A DNA stretch of 64,000 nucleotides from Myxococcales bacterium (lineage in GTDB: Bacteria; Myxococcota_A; Polyangia; Polyangiales; DASUME01): the NCBI GenBank assembly GCA_047601445.1, contig JASGJH010000001.1:672001-736000 (forward strand), given 5' to 3'. The position numbers and the translations under genes were made by a program. Of this stretch, positions 13,874 through 25,428 are shown one piece after another. The notes beneath the pieces were generated by a model. That model was given only the letters and a program-made list of their open reading frames with translations, did not search any database and was not told the origin of the DNA. Each line of letters begins with the position of its first letter. The first letter of the stretch is position 1.

Positions 13874-14398
13874 ATGACCGACGAGGCGCTCGATACCGCC
13901 CACTGGGAAGCCGCCGAAGAGGGCGCGGAGCTGATCCGAGAAGGGGAGCTCAACGCAGCCATCCACGAGCTTTCCGAGTTGATCCAGCGCGACCCAAAGA
14001 ATCCCTATGGGTTCCATTTCCTCGGCTCGGCGTTCTTCGAGTCCAAGGAGTTCGCCAAGGCGCTCAAGGCCTATCTGTCCGCGGTGGAGCTCAAGCCCGA
14101 CTATGTGGGGGCCTTGATGGGAGCGGGCTGGTCCTTGCACTCACTCGGGCGCTATCGCGACGCGCTGCGGGTGGGACGCCAGGTGCTTCTCAAATCGAAG
14201 GACGACCCGGATGCCCTGCACTTGATGGGGCTATGCCACTACTCGATGGGAGACGCGGCCGCCGCACTTGGTTATCTGACTCGCTTTTTGGCCACCCAGC
14301 CCGAGATCGAAGTCGCGCTGGAAGTCGAAGGATTGATCAAAGTCCTGCGGGGCGAAGTGCAAGCATTGCCCGAAGAGGACGAGCAGGACGATGATTAG
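13874..14398 (+). CDS. TPR-repeat protein
   Basis: Tandem TPR-like units and an acidic tail; ATG at 13874. Confidence 0.85.
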   Translation: MTDEALDTAHWEAAEEGAELIREGELNAAIHELSELIQRDPKNPYGFHFLGSAFFESKEFAKALKAYLSAVELKPDYVGALMGAGWSLHSLGRYRDALRVGRQVLLKSKDDPDALHLMGLCHYSMGDAAAALGYLTRFLATQPEIEVALEVEGLIKVLRGEVQALPEEDEQDDD

Positions 14399-14462
14399 CG
14401 ACAGGTAGCTTGGTTCCTTAGCCGGCTCACCCAGTGGTTTCGGGCGGGCCAAGGAGGTTCCC

Positions 14463-16208
14463 ATGGCGAAGAGTCGAAGCGAGCGACCGTCGGCGCCGCC
14501 GCATGCCCGCGAGCAGAGCGTTCCCACGCGCGAGCCCGAGAACCAGCAGAAGCCCTCATCGGGTCAAGCCGCTCAGGCCGCCTGGGAGCAGGCCGCCCAA
14601 AAGAGCACGGAGCGGGTGCCGCTGCGCAAGGCGCGTTTCACCACGGTGAGCGAACTCGAGGTGCCCGCAGTGGCCACGCCGCGCGAGATCGACGACCACT
14701 ATCTCGAGCACCACGGTTTCCCCGGGGCATTTCCCTTCACCCGCGGCGTCCAGCCCACCGGCTACCGGGGCAGGCTATGGACCATGCGACAGTTTGCGGG
14801 CTTCGGCACCGCGGCGCAGACCAACCAGCGCTTCAAGTACCTGCTCGCTCAGGGCCAGACGGGGCTCAGCACGGCCTTCGATTTTCCAACCTTGATGGGG
14901 TACGACAGCGACTCGCCGCGCGCGCTCGGTGAGGTGGGCATGTGCGGCGTGGCCATCGACACGTTGCGCGACATGGACACGCTGTTCGACGGTATCGCGC
15001 TCGACCAGATCACCACCTCCATGACCATCAACGGACCGGCGCTGGTCTTGTTGGCATTCTACGTGGCGCTCGCAGATGAGCGTGGCATCGCCCGCAGTGC
15101 GCTCGGCGGGACGATCCAGAACGACTGTCTCAAGGAGTTCATCGCCCAACATGCCTGGGTGGTCGGGCCGCGTCCTGCCATGCGAATCGTCACCGACATG
15201 ATCGCGTTCTGCACCGCGGAAATGCCGCGCTGGAACAGCGTGAGCATCAGCGGCTACCACATCCGTGAAGCCGGCGCGACCGCGACCCAGGAGCTGGCCT
15301 TCACGCTGGCCGACGGCCTCGCCTACGTGGACTCTGCGGTGCAGCGCGGGCTCGACGTGGACGCGTTCGCGCCTCGTTTGAGCTTCTTCTTCGATGTGCA
15401 TAGCGACTTCTTCGAGGAGATCGCCAAGTTCCGCGCCGCGCGACGCATGTGGGCTCGCTTCATGCGCGAGCGCTTCGGAGCCAAGAAGGCGGAGTCCATG
15501 ATGCTGCGCACCCACGCCCAGACGGCAGGCGTGTCGCTGACCGCGCAGCAGCCCTACAACAACGTCGTGCGCGTGGCGCTGCAGGCACTGTCGGCGGTGT
15601 TGGGAGGCACGCAGTCGTTGCATACCAACTCGCTCGACGAGACCTACGCGCTGCCCACCGAGGAAGCCGTGCGCATCGCCTTGCGCACCCAGCAGATCAT
15701 CGCCGAGGAGAGCGGCGTGGCCAACACCATCGACCCGCTCGCGGGCAGCTACTTCGTGGAGGGGCTGACCGACAAGTTGGAGGCCGAGGCGCTCGAGTTG
15801 ATCAGCAAGATCGACCGCATGGGCGGCATGGTGTCGGCCATCGAGAAGGGCTATCCCCAGCGCGAAATCGCCTCGAGTGCCTATCGGTTCCAGCGTCAGC
15901 TGGAGAACGGCGAGCGCGCGATCGTGGGCATCAATGTCCATGCAGCCAACGAGCCCGACCGGATTCCCATCCTGAGGGTCGATGAGAGCAGCGAGCGCGA
16001 GCAGCGGGCCCGCCTCGCCGAGGTGAAGCGCGCGCGCGATCCGCGCCGGGTCGCCGAGGCGCTGACCAGCGTGAAGAGCGCGGCCTCGGGCCACGAGAAC
16101 CTGGTACCGCCGGTGATCGCGGCGGCCAAGGCGCTCTGCACCGAGCAGGAGATCTGCGACGTGCTCAGGGAGGTCCTCGGGACCCATGAGGATCGGCCGG
16201 AGTTTTGA
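14463..16208 (+). CDS. B12-dependent acyl-CoA mutase, large (substrate-binding) subunit, isobutyryl-CoA mutase-like
   Basis: [36 protein letters not shown]; no DxHxxG B12-binding domain; AAGGAGG RBS. Confidence 0.92.
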   Translation: MAKSRSERPSAPPHAREQSVPTREPENQQKPSSGQAAQAAWEQAAQKSTERVPLRKARFTTVSELEVPAVATPREIDDHYLEHHGFPGAFPFTRGVQPTGYRGRLWTMRQFAGFGTAAQTNQRFKYLLAQGQTGLSTAFDFPTLMGYDSDSPRALGEVGMCGVAIDTLRDMDTLFDGIALDQITTSMTINGPALVLLAFYVALADERGIARSALGGTIQNDCLKEFIAQHAWVVGPRPAMRIVTDMIAFCTAEMPRWNSVSISGYHIREAGATATQELAFTLADGLAYVDSAVQRGLDVDAFAPRLSFFFDVHSDFFEEIAKFRAARRMWARFMRERFGAKKAESMMLRTHAQTAGVSLTAQQPYNNVVRVALQALSAVLGGTQSLHTNSLDETYALPTEEAVRIALRTQQIIAEESGVANTIDPLAGSYFVEGLTDKLEAEALELISKIDRMGGMVSAIEKGYPQREIASSAYRFQRQLENGERAIVGINVHAANEPDRIPILRVDESSEREQRARLAEVKRARDPRRVAEALTSVKSAASGHENLVPPVIAAAKALCTEQEICDVLREVLGTHEDRPEF

Positions 16209-16546
16209 GAGCCGGTCGTGAGCACCGCCAGGCCCCGGGGAACGGTGAGCCCGTTCACGGGTCCGCCCGAGCCGCCCGGACGGGACACTGCGGAACTGAG
16301 CAGAGAGGGCAGGGACCCGGCAGGGCCGCGGGAGCGTTTCCCGAGGCATTGTGTCCATTGTGTCCACCCGTCCCCAACCAGGGGCGACGATCTGGCACCT
16401 TGTCGCCGGCGAGTGTGCGATTGGCCCGTTCGCAGGGGCTAACTGGGCAGAGTGAGCTAGCGAGCTGTGATTTCGCTCGCCGAGCTGAGCGTTGAGCGAT
16501 CGAGCGTCGATGTGTGCCCGTAGACGCGGACCCCGGATGGCGCTAC

Positions 16547-17971
<1,425 letters not shown>

Positions 17972-18038
17972 GAATCCGTTAGCTTTTCTGGGCGGGTCCC
18001 GGGTTCACAGGGGCCCTTCGCAGTGTAAGCTGGTCTCA

Positions 18039-20621
18039 GTGCTACTGCTCGAGCCCATCGAGGAGATCCTTCCGCGGCGTGCGCACGGATACGGGGACTT
18101 CGTTCGCCGCACCGCAGCGCTTGCGCGGGCGGGATTGCCGGTGCCCGGGGGCTACGCCTTGCCGCGGGTGGAGGCCGACGCGCTCTATGCTCGCTGCCTG
18201 ACCGAGGCCGACGGGCTGCGCGGTCTGCTGAACCCACAGCGCGAGTTTCCTTCGGAGGAAGCGCTGGCCAGCGTGCGCGCGCGCATCCAGGAGCAGGGGC
18301 TGGGTGAGGATCTCGCGGGTGAGCTGAGCCAGGTGTTCGGCTCCCTGCGCGCGCAGGGCGCGCCGGCCGTGGTGGTCACGGCCTTTCTGGTCTGCGACAA
18401 GCCGCGTGAAGAGCGCGTGTTGGGCGACGTCCAGCTCGGCGTCGACACCGAAGCGCGCTTGCTCGCGGCCGTGATCAGCGCCCTCGCATCACCCTTCGAC
18501 GCCAAGGTGCTGCGCTCCTTGCGGGCCGCCGACGTGCGCGATGCGGGGGTGGTGCTGACGGTCCAGCGCATGGTCGACGGCATGGTCTCCGGCGTGGTCT
18601 ACACCCGGCATCCGCTCACTGGCGACGGCCGCGAATGGCTGGTGCGTGCCGGCTACGGCCTCGCCAGCGCCGTACGCTCCGCATCGGTGCCCAGTGACAT
18701 GTTCCGACTCACGCGCGACGGCTACCTGCGCGACAGCGTCATCGCGGACAAGCAGCGCATGCTCTGGGCTACCCCCGACGGCTCACGCGAGCTGCGCATG
18801 GTGCCCGAGGCCCTGGTCTCTGCGCCCAGCCTCAGTGACGCGTCGTTGCGCGAGGTGTCCAGACTGGCGGAGCGAGCCGAGAAGCACGTCGGGGCTCCGC
18901 TGCGCATGGATTGGGCGCTGCTGAACGGCAAAATTTACCTGCTGCGCGCGGATCCTTTGTCCGGGCCCACCAAGCTCGCCAAGGCCCGCTCCACCAAGCC
19001 CGAGGTTCGCGCGCGCGAGCTCTGGTCCCACGCAGAGCTGGGTGAGGCCCTGCCGAATGTGCTCTCGCCGCTGGCATGGTCGCTGCTGTACCGCTTCAAT
19101 CGGCTCGGTCTCGCCTCCATCCTCACCGCCGCTGGTGTCACGCTAGGCGCGTCTCCGGAGCTGCTCACGGACGTTCGCGGCAGGCCCTACCTCAACCTGA
19201 GCGCGCTCACGGCCGCGGTCTGTCGCTTGCCGGGGCTGTCGCCGTCGGCGTTGGCGCGCATCGGCGTCGATCTCGGCACCGACCTCGGACCGGTGGAGCT
19301 CGCTGGGCCGGTCGATCTGACGCGCGCTGCGCTACGCCTCTACGACTCCCACGCCAAGGTCGCGGTGCGCTTCGGCGCCCTCAGCGGCAAGATGGCCGCC
19401 GAACGCAGCCACTTTGCCGGACTGGATGCGCGCCTCTTGCCGCCCGACGCGGTCGAGCGCGTGCTGTGCGACGTGGAGGTCTTCCTGCAGGACGCGGGCA
19501 CCGCGCTGATGCGCGCCTATGGGCTCTGGTTGGCCACCTTGATCGGCTTCCGTTCGTTGTTCGTGGCGCACATGGGCGACGAGGCGCTGCGGCTCGAACG
19601 CGATCTGCTGTGGGGACCCGAGGAGCTGCTCTCGGCCCAGGCCGGCTACGGCTTCCTGCACCTCGGGCGCTCGCTGGCGCGCGATCCGGGCGTGCTCGCC
19701 TGGGTGGATCAGGGTGGCGAGCCGCCGTTCGCGCTGCGGCAGGGCCTGCACGAGTTCGCGCTCAAATATCGCCACGACGGCATGCTGCTGCTCGACCCCA
19801 TGCGGCCACGCTGGCGGGAGACGCCCGAGCGGCTCACGGGCGCCATGCGTGCGCTGCTCTCGGACCCACTGGGCCTGGCCTTCGCGGCGGAGCGTCAAGA
19901 GGTGGCGCGCGGCCGACGCGAACGCGCCGAGCGCGAGTGGAAGCGCAGGTTGCCGCTCACGCGTTGGCCCTTGGCGGGCCTTCTCATCACGCGCATGCGC
20001 GAGCTGACCCGGCTGCGCGAGAGCTTGCTGGCGGACACGGCGCAGGCCATCAACGTGATCCGCGACATCACGGTCGACGCTTCGCGGCGGCTCTCGATGC
20101 GCTATCGCGATCTCGGCAGCGACTCGGCGTTCTTCCTGGAGCTGGACGAGCTGCATCAGGCCCTCGGCAAGGGGCGCTGGGACGTCCAGGAGCGCATCCG
20201 CGCACGGCGACTCGAGTACGACCTCATGCAGAACATGCCCGAGCCCCAGCCACGCTTTCAGGGGAGCCCGCGTGGCGAACTCGCCGATGGTGTGCCGCTG
20301 CGCGGTGTGGCCGGCAGCGGAGGAGCCGCCGAAGGGCGCGTGTTCGTGGTGCGCGACGGTAGCGAGCTCGCTCGCCTGCCGCATGGAGCCGTGCTGGTGG
20401 TCTCGGCCTGCGACGTCGGGTTGTGCCCGGTGCTGCCGGCGGTGCGCGCAGTGATCAGCGAGAACGGCGGCATGGTGTCCCACGGAGCGATGCTGGCGAG
20501 CGCGCTCGGCGTGCCGGTGGTGGTGGGCGTGCCCAACGTGTTCGCACGGCTCCGCGATGGGATGCGGGTAAGGGTAGACGCCGAGCGTTGCAAGGTGGAC
20601 GTGCTCGGGGCACCAGCGTGA
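18039..20621 (+). CDS. PEP-utilising enzyme family protein (ATP-grasp, central and His-swivel domains; rifampin-phosphotransferase-like layout), degenerate
   Basis: GLPVPGG, VQRMVDG..SGVVYT, C-terminal GGMVSHGAMLASALGVPVVVG. Confidence 0.8.
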   Translation: MLLLEPIEEILPRRAHGYGDFVRRTAALARAGLPVPGGYALPRVEADALYARCLTEADGLRGLLNPQREFPSEEALASVRARIQEQGLGEDLAGELSQVFGSLRAQGAPAVVVTAFLVCDKPREERVLGDVQLGVDTEARLLAAVISALASPFDAKVLRSLRAADVRDAGVVLTVQRMVDGMVSGVVYTRHPLTGDGREWLVRAGYGLASAVRSASVPSDMFRLTRDGYLRDSVIADKQRMLWATPDGSRELRMVPEALVSAPSLSDASLREVSRLAERAEKHVGAPLRMDWALLNGKIYLLRADPLSGPTKLAKARSTKPEVRARELWSHAELGEALPNVLSPLAWSLLYRFNRLGLASILTAAGVTLGASPELLTDVRGRPYLNLSALTAAVCRLPGLSPSALARIGVDLGTDLGPVELAGPVDLTRAALRLYDSHAKVAVRFGALSGKMAAERSHFAGLDARLLPPDAVERVLCDVEVFLQDAGTALMRAYGLWLATLIGFRSLFVAHMGDEALRLERDLLWGPEELLSAQAGYGFLHLGRSLARDPGVLAWVDQGGEPPFALRQGLHEFALKYRHDGMLLLDPMRPRWRETPERLTGAMRALLSDPLGLAFAAERQEVARGRRERAEREWKRRLPLTRWPLAGLLITRMRELTRLRESLLADTAQAINVIRDITVDASRRLSMRYRDLGSDSAFFLELDELHQALGKGRWDVQERIRARRLEYDLMQNMPEPQPRFQGSPRGELADGVPLRGVAGSGGAAEGRVFVVRDGSELARLPHGAVLVVSACDVGLCPVLPAVRAVISENGGMVSHGAMLASALGVPVVVGVPNVFARLRDGMRVRVDAERCKVDVLGAPA

Positions 20622-21373
20622 TCAACGCGTCCGAAGTGCCTGTCGTCTACCGCGACGAGCAGCTCCTCGTGCTCGACAAGCCGGTCGGTCTCGCCACGAC
20701 GGCACCTGACGGCGGTCCCTGCTTGTTCGCGCTGGCCCACGAGATCGATCCAGACGCGCCCCAGCTGCATCCGCTGTCCCGCCTCGACACGCAGGTGACC
20801 GGGCTCGTCACCTTCGCCCGCACCGAGCAGGCCAATCGCTGGGCCATGGAGGCCCGGCGTCGCGGCGAGCTGTGGCGTCGCTATTTGGGCATCACCACCC
20901 GCCGGCCCGAGCCCGAGCGCGGTGAGTATCGCTTTAGCATCGGCATCGATCCGCGTGACCCCAAGAAGCGCACGGCGCACCGGCCGGGAGCCAAGAGCCC
21001 GTACTTGAAGGAAGCTTGCACGCGCTATCGGGTTCACGCCGAAGCCGGCCCGCTGTGCGCCGTGGACTTCTACCCGCAGACCGGGCGCACGCATCAACTG
21101 CGCGTGCATGCCAGCGCCGCCGGTTGTCCCCTGGCAGGCGATGTCGCGTACGGCGGCGCGAAGCGGCTCACGCTGCCCAACGGCCGCATCCTCACGGCAG
21201 GCCGCGTGATGCTTCATTGCGCCTATTTTCGGATGCTCAAGCCCGGGCGCGGTGGGACACCAGGCGAGCTACTCGAGCTTCAGCTCGCGCCACCCGCCGA
21301 CATGCAGCAGCTGTGGCGCAGCGCGGGCGGAGAGCCGCTCGACCTCAACGCGGTACGGAGTCCGGAAACGTGA
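20618..21373 (+). CDS. RluA-family pseudouridine synthase (no S4 domain)
   Basis: DKPVG, SRLD, TGRTHQLRVH, GD..YG, LH; GTGA overlap with the upstream stop. Confidence 0.88.
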   Translation: MINASEVPVVYRDEQLLVLDKPVGLATTAPDGGPCLFALAHEIDPDAPQLHPLSRLDTQVTGLVTFARTEQANRWAMEARRRGELWRRYLGITTRRPEPERGEYRFSIGIDPRDPKKRTAHRPGAKSPYLKEACTRYRVHAEAGPLCAVDFYPQTGRTHQLRVHASAAGCPLAGDVAYGGAKRLTLPNGRILTAGRVMLHCAYFRMLKPGRGGTPGELLELQLAPPADMQQLWRSAGGEPLDLNAVRSPET

Positions 21374-22353
21374 GCGAGAGCTCGTGCTCCAGGGCGCGCA
21401 GCACCTCGTCCTCGAGCTGCTCGGCGCTCTCTGCCCAACGCTCGATATTGCGCTGATAGACGAACACCCGCCCGGCACGCTGCGCGCCATCTTCGGTGGG
21501 CACGGCGACGCCCTGCCCGTCGAGCAGATCGTCCACCAGCACGCCCACGTGGGGGTCGACGCCCTCCGCCACCACCTCGGGGCCCGGCATATCGCTGACG
21601 ACTACCAGGGCCCCGTCGATGCGCGACGAGAGCGACGCGGGCAGCCGCTTCACCGCGGCCTGGACCCGGCGCTCGAAATGGGATTGTGAGAATCGACCAG
21701 GCGGGGCGCGGTGCGTTCAAGTCCGCCTCGCGCGCGTGCAGAAAACAGATGGTCGCCCCGCGCACGTCCCCGCGCGCCTCGCGAACCAGGCCCTGATAGT
21801 AGTGGGCATCGCCCGGCTGTCCGTCGGCCTGTCCGCTATGGACAGCGCGCGCCAGGTGGCGTTCGGCGCCATCGAGATCGCCCGTCTCGAACTTGGCGCG
21901 CCCGATCATGAAGTCGAGATGTCCGCCCTCGAAGGGGCCCTCGGGCAGGTCGCGCGCGAGCTTTACCGCTCCATCCCGATCCCCTTGCTGCATCAGCGCG
22001 TCGAAGCGCAGAAGCTGGGCGTCGGCCACTTCGTCGTCACCCTCGGCAAAATCCAGGGCGTCGTCCACCATGCTCAGTCCGGTCTCGTAATCCCGCATGG
22101 AGTGGATCAACACCTCGGCCGCGTTGAGCATCGCTTCGACGTAGGTCTCGTCGATGGCGATCGCCTGCTTGAAGTGCTCCAGGGCGTCCTCGGACCGTCC
22201 CTCGGCCTGGTGGATGTACCCGATCAGGTTGTGCGCCTCAGGGCTGTCCGGATCGAGCTCGAGGCCCTTTTGAGCGGATAGCAGTGCACCAGGGAGGTCT
22301 CCCCGATTAACCAGATCCCACCCGCGATCCAAATGGGCGGTAAACTGGTCCAT
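21345..22353 (-). CDS. TPR protein with C-terminal zincin-like domain; apparent +1 frameshift at 21690-21694
   Basis: TPR ORF from ATG 22353 joins the 21345..21653 frame (FERRVQAAVKRLP...VYQRNIER...HE) when one base of GATTC is removed. Confidence 0.8.
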
Positions 22354-22369
22354 AGGTCCTCGGCTACCC

Positions 22370-23275
22370 ATGATCATTGGCAGGGTACGTCCCAACGTGT
22401 GCCGGTCAAGTCCTAGCCTCGCTGGGGGCCTGGCAATTCTGTTGGCCGTGTTGCCGCTCGGGGGGGCGTGCGGACTCGCACCTTTGCCGAAAGGTGGCCA
22501 AAGCTACGGCTCCACCAACGACGGCGTTCTGCTCGCTGGGAGCGGCTTTCCAGCCCACGGACCGGGCTTCGTGCGAGCCAAGCCCGGCGATGACACACGC
22601 TTCGGCAGCGAGGCCTTGGTCGAGCTTTTGGCCCGCAGCGCGCGCTACGTTCAGCAGGCGTATCCAGGCACTGCCCCCCTCTACGTGGGCGATCTGTCCG
22701 CGCCCCATGGCGGCAAACACGGCAGGCACGGCAGCCACCGCACCGGACGCGACGTGGACCTGTTGTTCTACTTGGTCGATGGTCTCGGACGCTCAGTGCG
22801 TGGCAGCGGCTTCTATGCGTTCGACGAGCGCGGGGTCGGCTTCGTGGGCGGCGAGGCGGGCGCTCCGGTGTCGGGGCTCGCGTTCTTCGACGCGGCCCGC
22901 AATTGGGCCCTGGTGCGGGCTCTGCTTTCGGACGAGCAGGCGCCCGTACAATGGATCTTCTGCGCCGACGGCATCAAGGCGCGCCTGCTCGCCTACGCCC
23001 GCGCGCACGAACCCGACGCGGAGCTGCTCGTACGGGCCACGTACGTCGTGCACCAGCCGAGCCGCGGCAATCCCCACCGCGACCATTTCCACGTGCGTGT
23101 CGCCTGCACCGCACGCGAGCGGGCGCTCGGCTGCATCGATCCGGGGCCGGTCTGGCCGTGGATCCGTGACGACCACGAGAAGCCGAGCTGGGAAGGGCGC
23201 GGCGTCGATGACGCGACGTTGCTCCGCGAGCTGCTCGAGGATCATTCAGACCAGGTCAGCCTCGCCCAGGAGTGA
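22370..23275 (+). CDS. MepA-like penicillin-insensitive murein endopeptidase, probable lipoprotein
   Basis: GDLS..GG..HGSHRTGRDVD and HRDHFHVR; start uncertain. Confidence 0.85.
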   Translation: MIIGRVRPNVCRSSPSLAGGLAILLAVLPLGGACGLAPLPKGGQSYGSTNDGVLLAGSGFPAHGPGFVRAKPGDDTRFGSEALVELLARSARYVQQAYPGTAPLYVGDLSAPHGGKHGRHGSHRTGRDVDLLFYLVDGLGRSVRGSGFYAFDERGVGFVGGEAGAPVSGLAFFDAARNWALVRALLSDEQAPVQWIFCADGIKARLLAYARAHEPDAELLVRATYVVHQPSRGNPHRDHFHVRVACTARERALGCIDPGPVWPWIRDDHEKPSWEGRGVDDATLLRELLEDHSDQVSLAQE

Positions 23276-24163
23276 CGCCACCTGTTCGCGGTCTTCGGGC
23301 TGCTTTGCGAGCGCCACCAGGCTCTCGCGCACGAACTCGTGCGCGAGCGAATCGGCCGACAAGAGCACGAGGGTGCGCGCCCAATCGACCGTCTCGGCCA
23401 CGCTCGGACGCTGCTTGAGGTCGAGCCTGCGCACGCGCTGAACGAAGCGCACAATCTGCTCGCTCAAGAGCTGCTCGACGCCGGGAACTCGTGCCCGCAG
23501 GATGGCCAGCTCACGGGAAGGCTCGGGGTAGTCGACGTGCAAGTACAGGCATCGTCGGCGCAGCGCGTCGCTCATCTCGCGACTACGGTTGCTGGTGAGG
23601 ACCACGCGAGGTTTGTGCTTCGCGGATAGCGTACCGAGCTCGGGAATGGAGACCTGGAAGTCAGCCAAAACCTCGAGCAGCAGCGCTTCAAACTCGGGGT
23701 CCGCGCGATCCACTTCGTCGATCAGCAAGAGTGTAGGTTGCTCCGAGCGCAGTGCCGCGAGCAGCGGGCGCTCCAGCAAGAAGCGCGGGTCGAACAGGGC
23801 CGATGCCTGATCGGCCAGCCGATCCACCGCCTCGTGCAGACCCTGCGTGCCCGAAAGAATGTTCTGGATCTGGGGCCGGATTAGATCGGCTACCAGCAAT
23901 TGCTTGCCGTACTCCCACTCGTAGAGGGCCCGGCTCTCGTCGAGTCCCTCGTAGCATTGCAGTCGCAGCAGGGGACGGCCGAGCGCTTGGCTCAAGGCCC
24001 GCGCCAGCTCGGTCTTGCCGACCCCCGACGGCCCCTCGACCAACAGTGGGCGCTCCAGCGCGTCCATCAGATACCCCGCCACGGCGATCTCGCGGTTGGC
24101 GACGTAACCAGTCTCGGCGAGGCCTTGCAGCGCGGCGTCGACGTTCGCGAACTTCGACAGCAT
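23246..24163 (-). CDS. MoxR/CoxD-like AAA+ ATPase
   Basis: EGPSGVGKTE, RLQCYEGLD, LLIDEVDRAD, SDALRRRC. Confidence 0.92.
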   Translation of the reverse strand: MLSKFANVDAALQGLAETGYVANREIAVAGYLMDALERPLLVEGPSGVGKTELARALSQALGRPLLRLQCYEGLDESRALYEWEYGKQLLVADLIRPQIQNILSGTQGLHEAVDRLADQASALFDPRFLLERPLLAALRSEQPTLLLIDEVDRADPEFEALLLEVLADFQVSIPELGTLSAKHKPRVVLTSNRSREMSDALRRRCLYLHVDYPEPSRELAILRARVPGVEQLLSEQIVRFVQRVRRLDLKQRPSVAETVDWARTLVLLSADSLAHEFVRESLVALAKQPEDREQVASLLGEADLV

Positions 24164-24214
24164 GCTCTCCTCTCTTCGGTATGGGGCGAGGTCAGCGCCC
24201 TGGAGGCGCAGCGT

Positions 24215-25273
24215 TCAACCTAGCAACATCGCGCACAGCGAGCCCACGTCATCGGTGCTGGCCTCTTGCGAGCAGCGCACCCAGCGCGAGCTACCGCTCT
24301 TGTCTCGCTCCAGCGCCGCCCAGCTCGCCTCGTCGATGCCCCACACCACCACCGTGGTGCCGGGCGGGAGATCCTGACGGATGGCGGCCACGGAGTTCAC
24401 GTGCACGCTCGGATGCATGCAGTCGAGCAGCAGCAGGCGCTCGCTGCGCGTGGGCTGCGACAGCACGTCCAGCAAGCTCGCCAGGTCGCCCACCATGGTC
24501 ACGGCCGCCGTCCCCTCGAGATACAGCTCGAGCGCGCTCAGGTGATCCTGGTCGAGGGTCGCTGCGAGCACCAGCGGCAGGCACACGAACTCACTCTCGC
24601 GGCGGAAGTTGGCCTCGATGCGGAAGGGCGTCTTCGGGAACGCCGCCTCGAACGGCGACGGGTGATTCGTAGGCGGCAGCGTGCGCACCATCATGTCGCG
24701 CAGCTCGTTGGCGTTGTCGGGCTCGGAAGCCAGCGTGACGCGCTCCACGCCAAGCGTCGCGTGCGGGCCCATGCCGCCGAACACACCGGTGTCGGGCGGA
24801 GCCTCGAAGATGCGGAACGGGCGGGTCGGATCCTTGTCGGTCACGGGGCGTTGTTCGAACTCGGGGCTGAAGCCCACCGCCGTGGTGCTGGAGCGGGGCT
24901 CGTAGCGATCGCCGGGACCACCGACTGCTGGCGCCCGTGCGTTGAGCGCGGCCTGACCCCGGGCCGGCGTGGGTGTCCCGCCGCGTGCGATGGCGGCGCG
25001 GGGCTGCTGCAGCGCTGCGTAGGCCGCCATCGGCGAGAGCTGGGCCATCAGGAGCTCCGCGGCGTCGCTGCCGACGGTCTCTTCGAGCTCGACCTTCAGA
25101 GAAGATTCCAGCCATTCGGCCACCAGGGGCCCTTGCTCGGGAACGTCGCTCAGCCCGTGCGCCTTGAGCGAGCGCCGGATCAGCTGCTCGCAGATCGGGG
25201 GCGCCACCAGGGTACTGAGCGCCTCGCGTACGGCCCGGGAGATGAGACCGTTTCCCTTTGAAGTAGAAGACAA
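24215..25273 (-). CDS. Hypothetical protein, possible C-terminal pseudo-receiver domain
   Basis: Long GC3-biased ORF; alternating beta/alpha C-terminus (LVLAA, LLLLD, VVVWG). Confidence 0.65.
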   Translation of the reverse strand: MSSTSKGNGLISRAVREALSTLVAPPICEQLIRRSLKAHGLSDVPEQGPLVAEWLESSLKVELEETVGSDAAELLMAQLSPMAAYAALQQPRAAIARGGTPTPARGQAALNARAPAVGGPGDRYEPRSSTTAVGFSPEFEQRPVTDKDPTRPFRIFEAPPDTGVFGGMGPHATLGVERVTLASEPDNANELRDMMVRTLPPTNHPSPFEAAFPKTPFRIEANFRRESEFVCLPLVLAATLDQDHLSALELYLEGTAAVTMVGDLASLLDVLSQPTRSERLLLLDCMHPSVHVNSVAAIRQDLPPGTTVVVWGIDEASWAALERDKSGSSRWVRCSQEASTDDVGSLCAMLLG

Positions 25274-25428
25274 AGCGCCGAACCTACCCCTGTGTTGGCT
25301 GTTCGATCCTATCGCGAGTCGGCCGCCAGGCCAATCATCCCGAGCGCGTGACGATGTGCTGTGCGCATCGGCGCACCCACGGGCGCAAGTGTGATAGACA
25401 TCGGGCCACTCCAGGACGAGGTGGTCGT

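Noticed and set aside
16393..16410. Sigma54 promoter upstream of purF (TGGCAC)
   Set aside because: No TTGC at the required -12 spacing
18039..20621. Functional rifampin-resistance gene or PEP synthase
   Set aside because: ATP-grasp motifs are degenerate and the C-terminal pyruvate-binding barrel of PpsA is absent
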